From Gammaproteobacteria bacterium (GTDB lineage: Bacteria; Pseudomonadota; Gammaproteobacteria; UBA9214), in the NCBI GenBank assembly GCA_049664445.1, contig JBATFE010000468.1, forward strand, positions 1 through 40,872: a stretch of DNA of 40,872 nt. The letters run 5' to 3'. The notes under the pieces are model-generated. The model made no database searches. It saw only the letters and a list, made by a program, of their open reading frames with translations, and was not told the origin of the DNA. The position numbers and the translations under genes are program-made. Shown here piece by piece: positions 6,366 to 11,679 of this stretch. The stretch's first letter is position 1. The number at the start of each line of letters is the position of its first letter.

Positions 6366-6983
6366 ATGCACAATCCAGCTTGGCGGCCAGCCCGGATGCA
6401 TACCGGGCGTCTGGCCAGTATCCAGCATCACTTTATCGATGAACGCCCGGCAGTTCGCGACACCGGGAAGCAAAGGATCATCCATACCCTGCCGGTGCAC
6501 ATGGCAGTCGCGGCAGGGCATCCCGCCAATGCCTTGCAACCACACTACCTGGTGGATGCCTTGACCCGGCAGCTCAATATACAAACGTCTGCCGCTGCGG
6601 AGCACCCCGACTGGCAACTGGAGGCCATCCCGGCCGGGCGTAGAGCAACGAATGCCGACCGGGGTTTCATTCTGGTCTTTGCGACAGCGAATATCGAGGG
6701 TGTGCGCTTGGCATATGCCGGTATCAAACAGCTTTCCGCTGCGCCGTCACGTCGCTTTGGGGTGCTGTTCAGCGGTGCAGACGACGTTGAGTTCGCGCGC
6801 CACTGCCAGCAGCGACTGACATCCGGTGCCATGCGGTTTCTTGGCATCCGACTTCATGAACTGGGGCATTTGTCGGCTCCCGGGCCGGATTTCAGTGCAG
6901 ATCTGGCACGTCTGGCCACAGAGGTTTACCGGCTTTGGGGTGCTCATTCAATAGATAATCATCTGGAGGATACTCACACATGA
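6366..6983 (+). CDS. MinD/ParA-like protein lacking a recognisable Walker A (degenerate P-loop NTPase partner)
   Basis: The C-terminal two thirds (ADRGFILVFATANIEGVRLAYAGIKQL...RFGVLFSGADDVEFARHCQQRL...FLGIRLHELGHL) follow the MinD/FlhG layout (aD.vivvt.pe..s..dAYa.iK.l...lvvN...). No GKT or GKS motif occurs anywhere. The start is either ATG 6366 (GGGGGGA upstream) or TTG 6351. The stop overlaps the next ATG (ATGA). Confidence 0.6.
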   Translation: MHNPAWRPARMHTGRLASIQHHFIDERPAVRDTGKQRIIHTLPVHMAVAAGHPANALQPHYLVDALTRQLNIQTSAAAEHPDWQLEAIPAGRRATNADRGFILVFATANIEGVRLAYAGIKQLSAAPSRRFGVLFSGADDVEFARHCQQRLTSGAMRFLGIRLHELGHLSAPGPDFSADLARLATEVYRLWGAHSIDNHLEDTHT

Positions 6984-7498
6984 CATTACAAATTCATGCC
7001 GTCACGGAAATCGACTCATCTGACCTGCGCAGCCTGGTGGTCGACAATCTGGGTGCATTGCTTGGAGAAGGGGCCAGGCTCATCGAAAATATGCCGCAAA
7101 TAGATGGCTGCTGCCTTGCGACATCAGATACGCATAATGGCCCGGTGTTGCTCAGTTTCGATGCAGTCGATGCGCAGCGGGCATTGCTCACCGGTCTCGT
7201 CAGGTTAGATCAACTGGGCGGTGAAATGGCGGCATTGTTCCTGCAGGATTACCACCCGCCAACAGAGTTACTGGTACTGGCCCCGGAGGCACCTCCCGGG
7301 CTGACACTCTTCGGTGAAGCATGCCCCGTTAGCTGGCGGTGTATCCAGGTGCTGTCCGTTAATGGCGAGTTCGGCATGGTGATTGCCCCGGTCGTTGAAG
7401 AAACGGCCGCAGCAGCGCTCATTCCCCGGGAGCGTCAGCCGACGATCGTTGAATCAGTACTCAACCCGGAAGAAGAGCAGCACTTCAGTCAGCTATAG
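6980..7498 (+). CDS. Hypothetical protein, fourth gene of the MerR/ParA operon
   Basis: 172-aa ORF, translationally coupled to the preceding gene by an ATGA overlap at 6980-6983. Composition matches its neighbours. The C-terminal tail is acidic (NPEEEQHFSQL). No family recognised. Confidence 0.55.
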   Translation: MTLQIHAVTEIDSSDLRSLVVDNLGALLGEGARLIENMPQIDGCCLATSDTHNGPVLLSFDAVDAQRALLTGLVRLDQLGGEMAALFLQDYHPPTELLVLAPEAPPGLTLFGEACPVSWRCIQVLSVNGEFGMVIAPVVEETAAAALIPRERQPTIVESVLNPEEEQHFSQL

Positions 7499-7750
7499 CG
7501 CTGTGTTGCACACGAGCGGGGCTCTACTTGCCCTGCTTGCGGTATTTGCCTTGTAGCGTCCGGCTTCTTTGCGAGTGATGTGCCGGAAAGAAGTGTGATT
7601 GATAACAACGCCACTCTAACGGGTGGCCATGTGTGTCCTCGCTTGCCCTGCCTGCCCTCGATGCTTCCCTATCCATTCACTGGCGAGTCGCTGTGCCTCG
7701 GCGATCTGTGTCCCAGAATATCAAGAGGACATCTTGCCTGCATGATTGGA

Positions 7751-8110
7751 TCAGTCCATGGGCGATTCAGGGCAGGGAAAGGCTTCTATCAGTGCCTCGA
7801 GCACCAGTCCGTCAGCATCTAAATGCAGTTTCTCGGGATGTCCGGACAAGTATTTCTTTACAACAAGGGTTGCTTGCGAGTGTGTGGATTTATACGGGAA
7901 GCAAAAATATTTCATATTTTTCACAACACTCATTACGCCTACCACATACCCGATACACATACCGTCAGATGTGTTTGCTGGCGTATCGAGATAAGAAATA
8001 CATATTTTTTTCAGCAACGCACCACTTACCGCCTCCATCTCTGCAGCAACATTACTGCACATGACAGTGCCGAGCAGTGTCGCTGCGCCGATCATTGTTG
8101 TTCGTTTCAT
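7751..8110 (-). CDS. Secreted small protein resembling the Rap1a/Tai4 family (T6SS amidase-effector immunity proteins)
   Basis: Signal peptide MKRTTMIGAATLLGTVMCSNVAA. Family-like pattern C.GYVVGV ... FCFP ... KKYLSGHPEKLH ... EAFPCP with conserved Cys spacing. The assignment is from memory of the family profile and has not been searched. Confidence 0.5.
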   Translation of the reverse strand: MKRTTMIGAATLLGTVMCSNVAAEMEAVSGALLKKICISYLDTPANTSDGMCIGYVVGVMSVVKNMKYFCFPYKSTHSQATLVVKKYLSGHPEKLHLDADGLVLEALIEAFPCPESPMD

Positions 8111-8339
8111 GGCAAATATCCTTTATCCTTGTGTTTATCACCTTGTCACGGATCGCTGCCAGTACGCACAGGGCATAAACGGTAAAACATTACATAGTCT
8201 ATAGCTTGCAAAGACCCTTTATCCGCCCATGTAAATGGGCCGATTTCAGTGCGTGACTGTTATATTGCGACAAGTCTAAACAATATATCATGCTGCACAC
8301 TTCTTTCTGATACTGCCTGTACAGGCCTTGAGACACAGA

Positions 8340-8873
8340 ATGCACACCTCCTATATAGTTTGCGGCAGTCCAGGCTCGGGTAAATCGACGTATGCCAGAC
8401 AACTCGCTGCTGCCAGGCATGCGGCCCTGCTGGACATTGACACGGTGACCGAGAGGCTGGTTCGAGTTGCACTTGTTCAATCCGGACGTAGCCAGGATGA
8501 TCGCGACTCCGGGTACTTCAAGAGAAACTTTCGTGAACCAATTTACGAAACACTCTTCGATATAGCCAGGGAAAACCTGCCTTTTCTGGATGCGGTCATT
8601 GTCGGCCCCTTCACAAAGGAGATCAAAGATCCGGACTGGCCGTCGACACTTTGCATGCGCCTTGGCAGTTCAATAGAGGTTCACTATGTACAGTGTGCAC
8701 CTGAGATCCGCAGGCACAGACTCGCTCACCGGGGTGATGCACGTGACCTGGCAAAGTTGAGTGACTGGAAAAACCATATTCAATATTATGGTGATGAGAG
8801 CCCTCCGGTATTCGAACATGTTCTTGTTGATGGATCGAATCCGGAGGGATACATAAGGAATATTCAGAACTGA
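8340..8873 (+). CDS. P-loop kinase-like ATP-binding protein (AAA_33/zeta-toxin/gluconate-kinase-like fold)
   Basis: Walker A at the N-terminus (YIVCGSPGSGKSTYARQLA), then LLDIDTV and a later RHRLAHRGD lid-like motif. The ATG at 8340 is preferred over the TTG at 8328. Confidence 0.6.
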   Translation: MHTSYIVCGSPGSGKSTYARQLAAARHAALLDIDTVTERLVRVALVQSGRSQDDRDSGYFKRNFREPIYETLFDIARENLPFLDAVIVGPFTKEIKDPDWPSTLCMRLGSSIEVHYVQCAPEIRRHRLAHRGDARDLAKLSDWKNHIQYYGDESPPVFEHVLVDGSNPEGYIRNIQN

Positions 8874-9320
8874 CTGATTGAAAGATAAAGACACTCTCTT
8901 TTGATGCTTCTTCCGCTATTCATTTTTCGGCGCTTTCTAATGCTAATGGCCCTTTGGTGGGTAACCGCAAGACAATAGTCAAGACAGCCAATCATGCCCG
9001 GGAGTGTATATTTTATCTCGATACTTAAAAGCCTGAAGCTGTCCCATTGATGGACATCAACGCGACAATCTCCATAGGAGCCTGATTAGCTCGTTCGCTT
9101 GACCCAGCAGATTATTGCAGCCATACCATGTTCTCAATGTAATGGGGAGACTGATGAAGCATGATAAGAACGTCCGGTTCTGCTGCAATCCGCAACCCCT
9201 GTTCCGGTCATTCGTTTTTCAGAAATAACTGTTTTTTTATTAAACCTGGCCAGAACGTATATCTTTTGTCTTTGCCTGTCCGTTACCAGTAATAGAAGCT
9301 CAAGGATGTACCCCGGCGCT

Positions 9321-9346
9321 GGACAGTCTGCCTGGACAGTCTGCTT
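9321..9346. repeat. 13-bp tandem duplication (GGACAGTCTGCCT / GGACAGTCTGCTT)
   Basis: Read directly from the sequence. Confidence 0.7.
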
Positions 9347-9465
9347 CACCGAAAATAATTTCGAAATACTCGCGAAAACCTCATCCAGAACCAGACCAGG
9401 CCGCCAGCTGCAGCCACCATTACAACTGAAGCGCATACCAGCGCCAAGCTACTGAATATTTCCAT
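9346..9465 (-). CDS. Possible 39-aa single-TM micro-ORF (below the ORF-track cutoff)
   Basis: GGGAGA lies 4 nt upstream of the ATG. Translation is MEIFSSLALVCASVVMVAAAGGLVWFWMRFSRVFRNYFR, a hydrophobic helix followed by a basic tail. No other support. Confidence 0.2.
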   Translation of the reverse strand: MEIFSSLALVCASVVMVAAAGGLVWFWMRFSRVFRNYFR

Positions 9466-9878
9466 GATGTCTCCCGGAAAATTGTACCGTTACAATCATG
9501 TCCAATTCTGGCAAGGAGTACTATTGTTCGAAAGTACAAGTCAGCCCGCTTGTACCTACGGACAATATACTGCAGCAATACTGTGAATTATCTTTACTAG
9601 GACTCGGGTGTGGGCGAATACAATACCCTCGGGAAATAAGTCCGCCACTCAGTGTATGAGAAGGTAGTTAGCACCCGGGTCTTTCCTGCCATTCTTAATA
9701 CTTTTGCTAGCCCGGCGAATACCATGACACGCCGGCTAATTGGGTTCTGCACACTTTAAAAAAATCGGGTTACTGATTAACTTTGCGTGGAGAAGTGTAG
9801 AATTATATCGGGCATATGCTTGCGAAAGACCCGCAATCACCTGACCCGGATTAAAGTCCTGGTGGGCACACCTCTTCT

Positions 9879-11246
9879 TCATCGATATGCCTTGCGGTAC
9901 AGCCCCAACACAAGAACACAGAGTGCAAGCAGCAACCAGTCTCCGGATCTCTCCGAACCAGAGTGATGCTCAGCCATGCTACATCCTCCGCCACCACCAT
10001 TGCCTCCCGTATTACCTGCCCTGATCGCAGGTGTGCCAGGGTCTACAATAACTCCATTGGCTGTCAGGTCCGAGTCACCTCTTTTCCCATCGACGAAATG
10101 CAAGATCACTACATTGCCACTGAATTCAGCACCTGTCTCACCATCGAAACCAAACTCATACAGGTGATCAACAGGATTGTCCGGTGTTGGCCCAAATTTA
10201 AAATACTTGATTGGGCGTTCACCTTCTGCGAGGTGAATTTTTATCATTACATCACCACCCGGGACCACATTCTTTACTTCAAAACCCAAAAAGCCCTGAG
10301 TAAAATTTAATCCGCTTAAATCTTTGTTTGAGTCTGATTGCAAGAGAATATATGAACCGTCTGTAATGCTGAGATTCTTGAGTAGCAAGTTAGGTTCAGT
10401 CTCTACCGTGACATATCCACCATTAACCACATCTACCAGAGAGGAAACATTGGCTTGTTGTTTATCCGGGATCCCATCACCATTACCATCGCCTTTATTT
10501 GGCCCAGCATCTTCAACCCGGTCAATTACACTGTCACCATCAATATCTACACCAATAGAAATTATTTTTACGAGATTCTCTGGTGCCACATCATTAAGAA
10601 AATCCGTTGGGAATAAAGGATCGTTAACGAGCATATTTAATAAAGGAGAATCATCGAATGAGATAAGTCCATTACACTTACCTGTATTAAAAATGAAATA
10701 ACTACTGCAACGCTGTTCCCCAACGATAGAATCAATCACGTCCATCCCATCGATTACTTGTGCGAATACCGTGAACCCACCATTCTGGTTATCCAGATTT
10801 TCCGAATTGTCTGCAAGATTAATAAAGAATTCACTGGTAGCACTATTCGGATCACCTGGAGACTTGGCCATTGCTATAGTGCCACGAATATTTGACATCC
10901 AGAATTCATTAATAACCGGAGGATCAGTTGGTATTTGGCTGGTACCATCCCCAAAAAAATCACCCTGATCGGGTTCAAATATATAACCACCCATCTGCAG
11001 AACAAAATCAGGTGCACTACGATGAATGAATGTGCCGTCATAGTCACCGTCATTAACGTAGTTCATAAAGTTGGCCACTGTCAGTGGTGCCACCGTGTCG
11101 AACAACTCTATATCAAATGAACCCAGATCCGTTTGCACGCGAACATAAAAGGCAGCAGCTGACAGTGACGGGAGGAGTAGCGCGGTCAGCAGCAGGCAGG
11201 GCAGAGAAAGGTTTGTGTGAATGATTCTTGTCGTTCTGGAATTCAT
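9879..11246 (-). CDS. Secreted cyclophilin-type peptidyl-prolyl isomerase with Ca-binding Asp-rich repeats, a choice-of-anchor-like domain and a C-terminal sorting-signal-like tail
   Basis: Signal peptide LLLTALLLPSLSAAA. Cyclophilin core (FDIELFD..APLTVANFMNYV...FHRS..DFVLQMGG ... GTIAMAK......SEFFINL ... FTVFAQVIDGMDVIDSI). Asp-rich repeat DIDGDSVIDRVEDAGPNKGDGNGDGIPD. Choice-of-anchor-like motif VDGKRGDSDLTANGVIVDPGTPA. Tail is GGNGGGGGCS, a spacer, a TM helix (WLLLALCVLVLGL) and then YRKAYR. Confidence 0.8.
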   Translation of the reverse strand: MNSRTTRIIHTNLSLPCLLLTALLLPSLSAAAFYVRVQTDLGSFDIELFDTVAPLTVANFMNYVNDGDYDGTFIHRSAPDFVLQMGGYIFEPDQGDFFGDGTSQIPTDPPVINEFWMSNIRGTIAMAKSPGDPNSATSEFFINLADNSENLDNQNGGFTVFAQVIDGMDVIDSIVGEQRCSSYFIFNTGKCNGLISFDDSPLLNMLVNDPLFPTDFLNDVAPENLVKIISIGVDIDGDSVIDRVEDAGPNKGDGNGDGIPDKQQANVSSLVDVVNGGYVTVETEPNLLLKNLSITDGSYILLQSDSNKDLSGLNFTQGFLGFEVKNVVPGGDVMIKIHLAEGERPIKYFKFGPTPDNPVDHLYEFGFDGETGAEFSGNVVILHFVDGKRGDSDLTANGVIVDPGTPAIRAGNTGGNGGGGGCSMAEHHSGSERSGDWLLLALCVLVLGLYRKAYR

Positions 11247-11679
11247 AATATTATTCTCAATAGTTCAATTCTTGTCCTGATAGCCTCATGAAGAACCGCT
11301 CTATGCATGGCCGCTGAACAATTTAATACTACCTTGTTCACCTGTCCCAGCCAATTGAAGACTAACGGAAATCAAATCATCACTTTAATCATGCCATGAC
11401 AATCAATAGTCACCGCTGTATTGGTCCACCCGCAGCACATCGTTACACCGTAACCGAACCATTATTCATAACCACATGTTTTCACTAGAATTGTCTTGAT
11501 AACGGGTTGCTATGGCCCCGTAAAACACTGAATTACTTATTGATTCAGACTGAATCCCGTTAAAGTTTGCACCCCTTCGCCCGATTGTGTCTGAGAGATG
11601 ACCGCTTTCAGCGGAGTACGTCATCTTGCTTATTAACATTCATAGCTGTTCAGGCATAAAAGGATGGGCGAGCAATACG

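Noticed and set aside
7580-8185. Plus-strand ORFs 7580-7822, 7633-8064, 7746-7994 and 7823-8185.
   Set aside because: They overlap the minus-strand Rap1a-like gene, which has a clear signal peptide and family-like motifs. The plus-strand translations are low-complexity.
9134-9436. A 100-aa minus-strand ORF in the AT-rich gap.
   Set aside because: The composition is implausible (Cys-, Arg- and Ser-rich), with no RBS and no family resemblance. A different frame holds a more gene-like 39-codon micro-ORF, though that one is also only weakly supported.
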